DNA of 63,622 nucleotides, counting the filler, from Chrysochromulina tobinii (taxonomy: Eukaryota): assembly GCA_001275005.1 (NCBI GenBank). It is 6 parts of 6 records of this genome, joined end to end, with 100 filler letters (N's around TTAATTAATTAA, not from the genome) between each part and the next. Parts side by side here need not be neighbours in the genome. Positions count along the whole stretch, not along the records: positions 1 to 14,404 come from JWZX01001086.1; positions 14,505 to 26,356 come from JWZX01001088.1; 4 more parts are not named here. One strand, 5' to 3'. This document shows positions 11,601 to 22,204 of this stretch, one piece after another. The position numbers and the translations under genes were made by a program. The notes under the pieces were generated by a model. That model did no database searches, was not told the DNA's origin, and saw nothing but the letters and a program-made list of their open reading frames with translations. Each line of letters begins with the position of its first letter. Position 1 is the first letter of the stretch.

Positions 11601-13820
11601 GCCGCCGCCCGCCACACGGCGAGTGGTGGGTACGGCGCGATCGCCCAGCACGGCGTGTACACCTACGCCCAGCACGGCGCGAGTGCCCAGCACGGCGCGT
11701 ATGCGGGCGCCCAGCATGCCTTTTGCGGCGGCGACCTTGTACACCCATATCTGCACGGCGCCCACCACGGCGCCTCGACGTTGCTCCAGGCCGCCCACCA
11801 CGGCGCCAACTCCGCCCATCTTGCGACCGCGTACGGCGCCCAGAACGGCGCGGCGCAGCCCGTCGCCGCGTGCGCCGCTCCCTTCATCAGCCCTTCGGCC
11901 CCACCGCAGTGCCTAGGCGGGGCGGAGGACGGACGAACGGACGGTCGGTCGGACGGGTCGACGGGCGCGTCCGAGCTCCGTTCGTGTGCCCTCGTGAGCC
12001 CATCGGCCTTCCCTCTGTGCCAGGGCGTCATTGGACCGAGCCTCTGCAGCGGCGCCCTCGGCGCCCACAACGGCGCGAGTGGCTGGGGGGGCGCTGGTCT
12101 GAGCCACCCTAATTTGGGCCTCGACCCTAATTTGGGTCTCGACGCTCGGCTCGCGCCCGAATATCTCAGCCGCATCTCGCCCGATCTCAGCCGCATCTCG
12201 CCCGATCTCAGCCGCATCTCGCCCGATCTCAGCCGCATCTCCGCCGGAGCTCCGTCCGTCACGGCCGCCGTCTCGGGCGCGCTCGCCTGTGGCGGGATCG
12301 GCGGCCTGAGTGGCGCCCTCGGCGGTGGCCTCGCAGGCGGTCTCGCTGCTGCGGCCAGCCTCCGTGGCACCTTCGGTGGTACCTGCAGCCTCGGCAACAG
12401 CACCCTCGGCAACGGCACCCTCGGCAACAGCAGCCTCGGCAACAGCAGCCTAGGCAACGGCAGCCTCGGTACTCTTGGCAGGAGCCTCAGCGCCCGAGAT
12501 CTCGGCGCCCGAGATCTTGGTGCGTGGAACCATTCCGTGAGCAGCGCTGTCGCGGGCAGCGCTGTCGCGGGCATTGCCCACTCGCATAGTCTGCTCTCGT
12601 CGCCCTCGCGCCTTCGCACCGCCCTCAGCAGCGGTTGCCTTACCAGCGCCCTCGGCGGCGGCGTCGGCGGCGGCAGCAGTGGCAGCGGCGGTCGCGAGAG
12701 TCCGCGGAGCCACTTGCCTTATATGGATCGTGACCACAGCCCGCGGGGGGGCGTCGTCCTGGGCGGTGTTGGCGGCACCGACCGGCACGACCGGCACGAC
12801 CGGTACGACCGGTACGACGTGGGGCGGGTGAGCGTGGATTACGGCAGCCATCATCGGTCGGATCCGCCGCCGCTGCTTAGTGGAAGTTTCTCGAGCGCCG
12901 GGGTGGGCGCCACATCCCATGGCGGCAGCGTGCATGGGGGCAGTCTGCACGGGGGGGGCGCCTACAGCGGCGACAGCAGCTTCGATGGATGCGTGGCGAT
13001 GATGGTGGCCGCAAGTGAAGCGTCCGCTCGCGAAGAAGAAGCCCAAATGAGGCAACAGGAGGCCGAGGCGCGCCTCTCCGCTAGCGCTGCCCTTCCACAG
13101 CCCCAACATGAGACCGCTCGCGACGGCGCTCTCGAACGGTCCGCGAGCGCGGGCGCCGTCGCGAGCACCGCCCCCGCCGCCGCCGCGCCGAGCGCCGCCG
13201 CCGTGGCCGACGAGGCGGACGAGGCGGATGAGGTGGACGCGGCAGCCGCGGCGGAGGCGGAGATGGCGGCGGCGGCGCTGCTGATGAGTTCATCTCGACG
13301 ACATGCCGACACCGCCGACGACGTGTGCGAGGAAGGCGAGGGCGGCGACTACGGCAGCGAAGACGGCGCCCACGATGGCGATGAGGATGCCGACGACAGC
13401 GCCTACGACGGCGCTTCATCGGGGGGCAGCCGCCGCCGCCGCCACGACGGCGAGCGCGACGGCGAGCACGACGGCATCATCCCGTATCAGCCTCGCTCGT
13501 CGAGCAGCCTCTATGAGGAGGCGTGCGAAGCGCTGAGTTCGGAGCTGAACATGCTCGAAGCTCAAATTCGCGAGCTGCAGTCGATGCAGACGGCGCGGCT
13601 CAAGCGCGACGTGCGTCTGCTCGATGAGCTCACCGTTGGAGTGCGTGCGAAGCTCATGCGCACCCAGCACGGCCAGGCGCCCGGTATGGCGCCCGTGCTC
13701 GGGTATGGCGCCCAGCACGGCGCGCAGATGCCACTGGGGCTCAGCCCGCCGCCGCTGCCACGCGTCGCCACCAATGGCCGGCCATCGTACGGCCACCGAA
13801 GCGCCCATCACGGCGCATGA
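8636..13820 (+). CDS. Tandem PAS-domain protein with long low-complexity region and C-terminal coiled coil; intron 8909-9116
   Basis: PAS1: LIVAVSPEWLQLAGYVESDVTGRSAALLHG...|...VAYRKNGTPALVTIEARP. PAS2: ILSSNAAFCRLVGHSESSLLGASFDMLVGPLTD...LVAYDAQRIPFVLTLHMSP. The GT-AG intron joins PAS1 in frame. Confidence 0.75.
10881..11112 (+). repeat. Coding 15-bp tandem repeat (SNDAR/SNDAG)n
   Basis: About 15 copies of agcaacgacgcg(c/g)gc in frame. Confidence 0.95.
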
Positions 13821-14404
13821 CGCTGACGCACGCGCCCACCACGGCGCTGGTTCAGACCGACCCTGAGATCATCAGGAGAATATCAGCCGCTCCCGAGTAC
13901 GTATCCCCGAGAGCTGGCCTCACCATCGCCGGTTCTGACATACCATGACCTCTCACGGATGGCTGGATGGCTGAAACCGAGACGGCTGAGACGGCTGAGA
14001 CGGCGCACACTGGTGGGAGATCTCGCTGGTGGGAGATTCGGAGATGGAGTACGAGATCAGGCACAGGTCTACCTTCACAGGTCTACCACGAGGTGCCTGG
14101 TGCCCAACATGCTCACAGAGACACAGACCAAGGTCTTTAGTATCGGGGCTGGCGGCTGCTCGGTTGGCCGCAGCTTTTCACATCCTAAGTTCAGACCGGA
14201 CATACCATGTTGTTTTAATAACTCGTCTGAAACGTGTCGTCTGGTGCCGGCCCTGGGCCAACACAGTGGCTCGGTCAAAATTCGGGTGTGAATAGAAAAC
14301 TGGGCAACATGAAACGTTTTTCCATGCTGTCGGACAATGCTGTCGCGGGCACAGCGGGCCCCATTGGAGCTTTTGTTGCCGCATTACGCCGACTTTGAGC
14401 AGCT

Positions 14405-14504
14405 NNNNNNNNNNNNNNNNNNNNNNNNNNNNNNNNNNNNNNNNNNNNTTAATTAATTAANNNNNNNNNNNNNNNNNNNNNNNNNNNNNNNNNNNNNNNN
14501 NNNN
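14405..14504. other. Artificial contig spacer
   Basis: N44-TTAATTAATTAA-N44, stops in all six frames. Confidence 0.98.
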
Positions 14505-14617
14505 CATGAGAATGAAGCGGCTGTGACGTGTGCGAGGTGTTCGACCTTCACGCTTGTTTGAGTTTGGTCTGTGCGTGTTGGTGTGTTGTGAAATGAACAC
14601 GAATCTCGCCAAGAAAC

Positions 14618-16614
14618 ATGGACGACGCTACGGTGGATGACACAGCGGTGGCTCTCTTGCATCGCTTATCGCTCGCATTGCCGCGCGCGAACGTCGACGC
14701 CGACACCGAGATGAGCTTTGAGGCCTTGCCAGTGGATGTGGTGGTTCGCATCCTCAGCCTCGCCACGAGCCACATCCGCGGTCACGACGCTTGGCGTATC
14801 ACGAGTCGCGCGGCCTGCGTAAGCCAGGGAATGAGAAGCGCCGCCGACCTGTGCTGGCAGTCACACGCGATGAGCCTCTTCCCTCTGGGGGCGCTGCCAA
14901 CGGATGCGCCGAAGCACTGGCTCGGGTTCCGTGCGCCGCACAGCTGGCGGGAGGTCGCCACCGCGCTGCCAATGCCGACGTGGACTAAGTTCCCGTGCGC
15001 CGCCGAGGAGAAGAAAGAAGAGTGGGCACCGGCACCCGCATCGGCTGACCATCCCTTTGGCCCATACCGAGGCACCATCATTCGCGATCTGACTGCGGCG
15101 CCGCCCGAGGACTGCCTTGTGTCTCCTAGTCCACCGACGATGCCCACGACGGCGCGCGTGCCTTGTGCCCGACTCGCGCTGCCACGGCGCACGTTTGGAC
15201 ACTCGACGGTCGTCTTCGACGGCCACGTGTACGTCTACGGTGGGCGTGACGCGCAATGTCACTCGAACGAGCTCAACGTGCTCCCGCTGCACATCCACCC
15301 TCTCGTCTGGCGGACGATTCCCCCTACGGAGTCCACCCCCAGCCCTCGCCGGCAGCACACGGCAGCAATGGACAGGCGTGGGCGCATGCACGTTGTCGGT
15401 GGTGGCTTTCTCGCAGCGTCCGGTGAACGCATCTACCGCTCGGATGCGCACGCCTTCGACACACGATCCGAGAGCTGGCATGCGACGCCGCCACCGCCGC
15501 ATGGCTGGTCTTGCATGGCGCACTCGTGCGTGCACGTGCCCAGCTGGCCGCGCCAGTCGACGAGTGACGCCCGGGACAGCGCTCCTCGAAGGGTGGACGC
15601 CCGGGACGGCGCTCCACGAAGAGTGGGCGCCCGGGACGGCGGTACCGCTCACGACGGCGCGCCGGACGGCACTCGAGACGATGCCCGAGACGGCGCTCGC
15701 GCGGACGCTCACGACGGCGCTCGTGCTCACGATGGACATGAAGACGAAACCGACGACGAAACCGACGAAGCCGACAGGGGCATGGCCATCACCGGCGGGG
15801 CCGAGGCGCTCGTCGTCTTCGGCGGGTCACCACTGTCTGGCGCGAGAATCCCGCGCCGCCACACGCGGCCGGCCCCGCCCTCATCGAACGCCCGCTGGTC
15901 AACAATGCGCTGCTGTGCCTCGATGTGGGCGGCGCCGTGCTCGACGCGCCGTGGCGGCGCCTCCGACCGACAGGCGCGCCGCCCGACCCGCGGTTTCGTC
16001 ACTCGGCCACGCTCGCCGGCTCGGCGCTCGATCCGACCATGGCGGTGTGGGGAGGCTTCAGGGTGAGGCCACAGGTTGACGAACCACAGGTTGACGAACC
16101 AGACGATCTCGACGATCTCGGTACGCCCATTGACGAACCAGACGATCTCGACACGCCCATACAGACGCCGTGGGATCAGTGCTGCTCGAATGAACTCTAT
16201 CTGCTCCATCTCGGTGATCTCCGCTGGTCGTCCCCAGCCCTGCGCGGACCGCTGCCCTCCCCCCGAGGTGGTCACTCCGCCACGCTCATCGGCGCCACGC
16301 TCGTCATCGTCGGCGGCTGTGACGGAGGCGAACAAGGCGTGCCCCGCGACGATGAGCTCTTCCTCGAGCGTGACCTCTCGAACGTGGTGCTTCTCGACCT
16401 CGCAAGACTCACCTACGTAGCCACCGAGCCCGTCGTCTGCTCCTTTGAGCCGCGTAGTGGCCACAGCGCGGTGCTCGTGCCGTGCGACGGCGGGCTCGGG
16501 CTGCTCGTGCTCGGCGGGCGCGACTACCGGCCGCCCCAATTTCCTTGGGACGAGGGAGAGCACCATGGCCGAGCCCTCGTCGATAGGCTCGCGCTGACCC
16601 TCAAACCCTCATAA
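14618..16614 (+). CDS. F-box / Kelch-repeat protein with an apparent 1-nt frameshift near 15825
   Basis: F-box-like FEALPVDVVVRILSL...AACVSQGMR. Kelch units GHSTVVFDGHVYVYGG, RRQHTAA...VVGG, PRFRHSAT...VWGG, PRGGHSATLIG..LVIVGG, PRSGHSAV...LVLGG. Adding one G at ggc-gg-gtc gives continuous FGGVTTVWREN...LVNNALLCLDV. Confidence 0.8.
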
Positions 16615-16647
16615 CATATATAATAGCTGCGCCCACCGCCTAACGCG

Positions 16648-17709
16648 CAGCACCTGTTCGCCATCTATTGCCGCGCGCGTGAGCCTGAGACACTCAAGGC
16701 GCTCGCTCTTCGACCATACGAACCGCCCCATCGACGCCGCCGCCCTGTGGCCATCTGCGAGGCGTACACGGCTCCCACATGGGCGCAACGTACAAGCCTT
16801 GCCATCGCTCTCCAGTTCTATGAGCTATCGGCCGCGTCCTCGCCCCAATGCGCCGCACTCGCGCTGACGGAGGAGCAGCTCAAACTGCTCGACGTACAGC
16901 GCCAGCTCGAGCGTGACACGCTGGGGCACAAGCCCCCCGTCGGCGCTCCGCCCTCGGCCTTTGATTCGGAGTCGGTGCGTGATTGCGCCTCTGACTGCGT
17001 CTCTGACTGCGCCGCTGATGACCTCTGATTGCCCTCTGAGGGCCACGAATTGCATGATCAGGGCTTTTGCTTCCTCGACCAACCGCTCAACGAGACGCTG
17101 TACCGGGCGTGGGCATTTCGGCAGCCTGGCGCGGCCGAGAAGCTGAAATATGATCTCAAGGTACGCCACTTGATGGCCGATGATGACCTCAAGGCACGTC
17201 CGTTGATGGCCTCTGATGGCCGTTGATGGCCTCTGATGGCCGTCGATGGCCTCTGATGGCCTCTGATGGTCTCTGATGGCCTCTGATGGTCTCTGATGGT
17301 CTCTGATGGTCTCTGATGGCCTCTGATGGCCTCTGATGGCCTCTGATGGCCTCTGATGGTCTCTGATGGCCTCTGATGGTCTCCAAGTGAATCGGATTGC
17401 CCACCTCATCAGGTGCCCGAGAAGCGCTGGTGGCGTCTCAAGCTCGAGGGGTTGAGCCACAAGCGCGACTGGCCCACGCTGTGGGCCGATCTCGGCTCCG
17501 CACGCCGCTCGCCCATCGGGTTCAAGCCCTTTGCTTATGCATGCCTCGAGCAAGGCGCGATTGACGAAGCGGCCAAGTATGCGCCGAAGCTGACGCGCGC
17601 GGAGGCGGTGCCCATCTGGCACCGGATCGGGCGCATGGACGATGCTCGCAAGGTGGCAATGACCGTGAAGGATCGTCAGCCTGAGCTGATCAAGTGCTCA
17701 AGATGGTGA
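16648..17709 (+). pseudogene. VPS16: 5'-truncated, frameshifted VPS16 C-terminal fragment; introns 16975-17061 and 17161-17412
   Basis: TEEQLKLLDVQRQLE...FLDQPLNETL...AEKLKYDLK|VPEKRWWRLKLEGLSHKRDW...SPIGFKPFAYACL...EAAKY is the Vps16_C signature. Upstream QHLFAIYCRAREPETLK needs two frameshifts, and there is no room for the N-terminal two thirds. Confidence 0.75.
17203..17382 (+). repeat. Intronic 10-bp minisatellite (CTCTGATGGC/T)n
   Basis: About 18 tandem units inside intron 17161-17412; same unit as at 364-448. Confidence 0.95.
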
Positions 17710-18349
17710 CGGATCATGCGGGGGGCTGAGTCCTGAGTCTTGACGTGAAACGAATGAGTGCTTTCAGTTATTGCGTTGAGAGATTTGTTGTTTGAGAAAG
17801 GCGTCAGTTGAATCGTTGGCCCGTTATTGTTTGAGAAAAGGTCAGTTGCCGCGATGGCTTCGTCAATAATCGCGACAGACGCGCCGACACCGCACGCACC
17901 GCTGACAGTAGCACTTTTACCACACGAAATTTGCACTCGACTGCCACGCGCAGCAGCGGTCGCGTCGCACGGTGGACAAACACACCGACGATCTACAAGG
18001 TCCGGACCCCCAACCCCCAATCCTACATCGAAGCGGACCCCCTGCCGCCCCAATCATGGAATGTGCGGTGTGGAGCCACTGAAGGCATCCGCAATACGGT
18101 CACCACACCTACGAGACCGCCGCCTTGATGAGGTCGATGACGCGTTAACGCGTGGCCGCCTCGGCCGCTTACGTGCCACAGCGATCCCATCCGCCCCGCC
18201 TCCTGCCCAGCCTGTGCATCACCTTGGGGGCCGCCTCCGCTTCGGTCTCATTTAGCGATCTCCGCGCGCGAGCTACATGCGCGAGATCAGTCGAACCTTT
18301 GGCGGCGTCGGCGCCTCTTTATCTTTCATGACCAGCCCTCACAAGGTTC

Positions 18350-19783
18350 TCAAGCCGAAACCTCAGCCTTCTTCGCATCCGCCTCGGCCGCCTCGGCCGC
18401 CTTGATCGCCGCCTCGGCCGCCTTGATCGCCTCCTCGAGCTTAGTCGGGTACTTCTTCAAAGCTATCTCATATTTGTCAGCAAGTTCGTGCCTGTCGAAA
18501 CCTCGCTCTTCGTCGATCTTTTGGTTGAGCCAATAGACCTCCCACGGGCACTTGAAAAAGAGGAATAAGGAGAGGATCGCGGCGAACAGGGTGATACCCC
18601 AGGCGGTCCACGAGAGGACGAGCGTCCCAACCTTGAGCGAGATGACGGCAATGATACCAACGAATCCGAAGATAACACCAAGCAAGAAAAGTACGTGCAC
18701 TATGACAAACTCATTGCGGAAACGTTCTCTGAGTAGCTTTGCTTCTCCAAAGCGCTCACGGTTGGCCGACGATGCATGCAGCGAGATGTAAAGCCACGAG
18801 CTGAAGAGAACAACAAGGAGCATGGCGGCTGACGCACCTCCGCACCCAATGGTGTACGCGAGCTCCAGGTTCCACTTTGTGATTTTGGCGCACTCGAGGG
18901 CTTCGATACAGCATGAGAGATCCAGACCATTTGGATCGGCTTCGGCGAGTTTCAGGTGCGGTGTCTCCTTAAGTAGGTCAACGGCGGCTTGGCAGTAGAG
19001 AGGTTCCCATCCAAGATGGTCGGGCGACAGCGCTTCAAGGCCGCAATGCTCCTTCGCCTTGTCCTGACACGTTTTTTCGCGCAACGCAAGTGGAAGGTAC
19101 GCGAGCCAGTCATCCTTGGTGATTGAACTGAAGTTTGACATCGATGCACCTGTGATGAGTGCAGCGGCAAGGCCGAAGTTCATCAAATACGCGTCCATCG
19201 ACTCTAGCTCACCCGTGAGCGCCAGTTCAATCGATTTCCACGTTGGCGCAAGGCTTTCCTTAACAGCCTTGAGGTTGTCATAATACTTGGTGATGGCCTC
19301 CACTGCGCCCTTGCACTGCAGGATCTCGTACAGTTGTGCGACCCCCCCCGCCTGCATCGCCACGTCCTCCAACTGCTTGTGAGAGTAAATTGCGTGATCG
19401 AGCAGGCTTTTGTGCAGCTTCGTTGACAGCGCCTTAGACAGCCTTTTCGACGTCAGCTCAGACAGCTTCTCAGACAGCTTTGACAGCTCAGCAGCCTGCT
19501 CCGACTTCTTTTTCGCCAGCTCAGCCTGCGACTCCGACTTCTTTTTCGCCTCTTTTTTTTCAGATGCCGAACGCCAGCAGAAGAAGATGTTCTTCGTCTT
19601 CTTCGTCTTCTGCTCCTCCTGCTGGCCGCGACGCGCCAACAGAAATTCTTCTTCGATCCACTGTGCAGTGATCAGCATCTTATCCAAGTCTGCAATCGTG
19701 TCTAATATCTCTGCGCTTGTCCTGACAGGCTTCTTCGTGTCTGCAATCTCCGCGCTTGTCCTGACAGGCTTCTCTGCGCTCAT
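18350..19783 (-). CDS. Hypothetical multi-pass membrane protein
   Basis: 477-aa intronless ORF with Lys/Glu-rich N-terminus, a duplicated KPVRTSAEI unit and about 4 hydrophobic segments. Confidence 0.7.
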   Translation of the reverse strand: MSAEKPVRTSAEIADTKKPVRTSAEILDTIADLDKMLITAQWIEEEFLLARRGQQEEQKTKKTKNIFFCWRSASEKKEAKKKSESQAELAKKKSEQAAELSKLSEKLSELTSKRLSKALSTKLHKSLLDHAIYSHKQLEDVAMQAGGVAQLYEILQCKGAVEAITKYYDNLKAVKESLAPTWKSIELALTGELESMDAYLMNFGLAAALITGASMSNFSSITKDDWLAYLPLALREKTCQDKAKEHCGLEALSPDHLGWEPLYCQAAVDLLKETPHLKLAEADPNGLDLSCCIEALECAKITKWNLELAYTIGCGGASAAMLLVVLFSSWLYISLHASSANRERFGEAKLLRERFRNEFVIVHVLFLLGVIFGFVGIIAVISLKVGTLVLSWTAWGITLFAAILSLFLFFKCPWEVYWLNQKIDEERGFDRHELADKYEIALKKYPTKLEEAIKAAEAAIKAAEAAEADAKKAEVSA

Positions 19784-20209
19784 CTCTGCGCTCAGTCAGG
19801 ACCGAGGACGTAGACGACCGCTCCAGAATTAAGGGCGTGCCGCTAGCGTGCCGCACCAAAACCCCTCTAATAACGTGTGTTACCGCATCTCTGAGATCAC
19901 ATCTCTCGCTAATTACTTGGATAATTCCAAGACTTGGTGGCCCTTCGAGCAACGCGGCGCCGTGTCGGCGCGTACGCTCTCTGCGTGCCCGGTGCACGCC
20001 TACGAACACAACGTCACAACCACACCTATTCCTAACGGTGAGCTTGAGGTCTTCTCTGGTGCCCCTTCAGATGGGCACGCCTCGTTCTAGCCCTCTTGAG
20101 AAGAACCAAGACACACGAGGGTGGATTACTGGATTTGGTTTGAAAATAGAGGACGGCTACTAACATTTTCGCATCATGTAGTGTGTGATGCTATCGACTT
20201 ACTCCGTTG

Positions 20210-20664
20210 TAGGGAATTACGTTCCGCGTGCACCAGCACTCATAAGTTTCTCGCAATCGATCCGCAAGATACATGATGAGATATACTTGTATCTCAAATG
20301 CATCCAGAGAGAGATGTATCTGATATGAAGGAGACATGCGGGATACATGCGAGATACATGCGAGATACATGTATCCTCAGAGGTAATCAAGATACATGCG
20401 AGATACATGCGGAATACATGCGGGATACATGCGGGATACATAGGGGATGAATGTACATGCAGGACACGTATCTCGGGGGTTTGGGGGTATCCAAGCGCGG
20501 CCGCAAGTAGGGCTCGAGATTAGCTCGAGATACGTATCTTGATGTGAACGGGACATATTAAGATACAATCAAGATACATGCAGGATACATCAAGATACAT
20601 CAAGATACGTATCCGATAGGAAACTGTACCCAAAAACGATAGGAAACTGTACGTCACCCCCCTG
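20210..20664. mobile_element. Non-autonomous DNA-transposon-like element (hAT/MITE-like) with GATACATGCG internal repeats
   Basis: AT-rich island with many GATACAT(GCG) units and a duplicated GATAGGAAACTGTAC. Ends TAGGGAATTACGT...ACGTCACCCCCCTG form an imperfect YAGGG terminal inverted repeat. No TSD seen. Confidence 0.55.
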
Positions 20665-20848
20665 CCCCTCCCGCTCCCAGAGCGCCTCCCCGCGCCTGCT
20701 GCCCTGCTCAAAGGCGGTCGGCGAAATGAAGGCGCGCGCATTCACCGGTCCTGCCGAAGATGTATAGGAAACCACCCCCAATTTGTATAGGAAACCCCCC
20801 CTGACCCGCCGAAGATGGGTCCCGCGGGTTCCCGCTACCGATGACGAA

Positions 20849-20929
20849 TTGACTTGACTTGACTTGACTTGACTCCCGGCTCCCCCCGGTGTCTTTTGTA
20901 ACCGGTTCAAAACCACCGGGGGGAGCCGG
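20849..20929. repeat. (TTGAC)5 microsatellite abutting a 54-bp near-perfect palindrome
   Basis: ccggctccccccggtg (20876-20891) is the exact reverse complement of caccggggggagccgg (20914-20929). Confidence 0.9.
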
Positions 20930-21030
20930 ACACACGAGACAGACACGAACCTATGTGACTTTTTACCGGTACTATCGTACGACTATGTATACGGCGCGCC
21001 GCGACAGTGCGGGCTGCGGAGCCTGCCAGG

Positions 21031-22041
21031 ATGCTTCTCGAGCCCCGCCCTTTGCAGACCTCGCGCCATCGTTCAACCGTGCCCGGTGGTCGCGCGACGC
21101 TCCTGCTCGGCCTGTTGACGGCGGCGGCACAGCGAGCAACGGCATCGGCAAGTCCTCTTAACGCTTCGCAGCCAAACATCAAATTTGGCCGCCATTTTCC
21201 ACCGCTGTCGGCTGTGCTCCAGATGGCTCGCGCCATGAAACCAGAGTGTGCGTCCAGTGGCACCGCGATTGACGTGGGCGCGCGTGGCGCGGAGGAGACC
21301 GTGGAGATGCTCACGGCCAACTTCAGCACAATTTCGATCGAGTGTCAGGCTGAGGAGTACATCCGAATCTATGAGCTGCTGCGCTATGACCCCAAGCTGA
21401 CGCTGCTCCACCTATGTGCGAGCAACCACGAGAGAGGGCCGAGCATCGTCAACGTGTTCAATGCTGAGGGAGCAACAACGCTTGAACGATCGGCGCTGAA
21501 TCGCTGGGGCGAAATGCAACGCCACAGGGCGTCGAAGCGCAAAACAGAGCCCGTGCTTTCGATGCCGCTCGACATGTTGGTGTGGCGACACGCGGAGCCC
21601 AATAGTGGCATTGAGCACCCGGTGTGCGTCATCAAGGTGGACGTGCAAGGGCACGAACTGCCTGTCCTCGAGGGCTTCACCGAGACACTCCGCAGGTACA
21701 AGCCTGTCATTTACTGGGAGTTTGAGCTGCGCCTTGGATTGACGGCGTTCGGGCCGCTACCCTTTTTGGAGAGCTTAGGATACACGTGCGTGCCGAATGA
21801 GCGCTTCAAGCACCCCAAGGGCATCATGCCATGCAGGGAGGGAATATGTGACCTCACGTGCTCGACGGACTGGTCGGCTGAGCAGATGACAGGTTTTCTC
21901 ACCGATTGGGTGCGCGTCAACGGCCCGAACAAGAAGATTGCACCGCAGTACCAACACACGCGCACGTCGAGCGGCCGAACTGCGACGCAAGAAGAGAAGG
22001 CGCACTTGCAAGAAGAGCGGCGAAAAAAATCAGTGGCGTGA
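21031..22041 (+). CDS. FkbM-family SAM-dependent methyltransferase
   Basis: AIDVGARGAE motif I, ISIEC, VIKVDVQGHELPVLEG, KPVIYWE...FLESLGY; hydrophobic N-terminal segment. Confidence 0.88.
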   Translation: MLLEPRPLQTSRHRSTVPGGRATLLLGLLTAAAQRATASASPLNASQPNIKFGRHFPPLSAVLQMARAMKPECASSGTAIDVGARGAEETVEMLTANFSTISIECQAEEYIRIYELLRYDPKLTLLHLCASNHERGPSIVNVFNAEGATTLERSALNRWGEMQRHRASKRKTEPVLSMPLDMLVWRHAEPNSGIEHPVCVIKVDVQGHELPVLEGFTETLRRYKPVIYWEFELRLGLTAFGPLPFLESLGYTCVPNERFKHPKGIMPCREGICDLTCSTDWSAEQMTGFLTDWVRVNGPNKKIAPQYQHTRTSSGRTATQEEKAHLQEERRKKSVA

Positions 22042-22204
22042 ACATGGGCGTGAACGGGCGTTTGATGTTCCAGCTCCGCGATGTGTTTCCATGTGTCAAG
22101 TAAAGTCTATACATAACCCTAACCTTGACTTGACTTGACTTGACTTGTTCCATGTGATCCATTCACAGCGTTTGACGCTTTGACCGATCGGCGAAAGTGC
22201 GCCG

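Noticed and set aside
15820..15830. Programmed frameshift in the F-box/Kelch gene
   Set aside because: One missing G in a short G run explains it; no slippery heptamer. A sequencing error or recent null allele is more likely.
19837..20163. Protein-like fragment (RISEITSLANYLDNSKTWWPFEQRG...)
   Set aside because: Short, interrupted by stops, and not assignable to a family by eye.
22114..22124. TAACCCTAACC as an interstitial telomere
   Set aside because: Fewer than two full units; could easily be chance.
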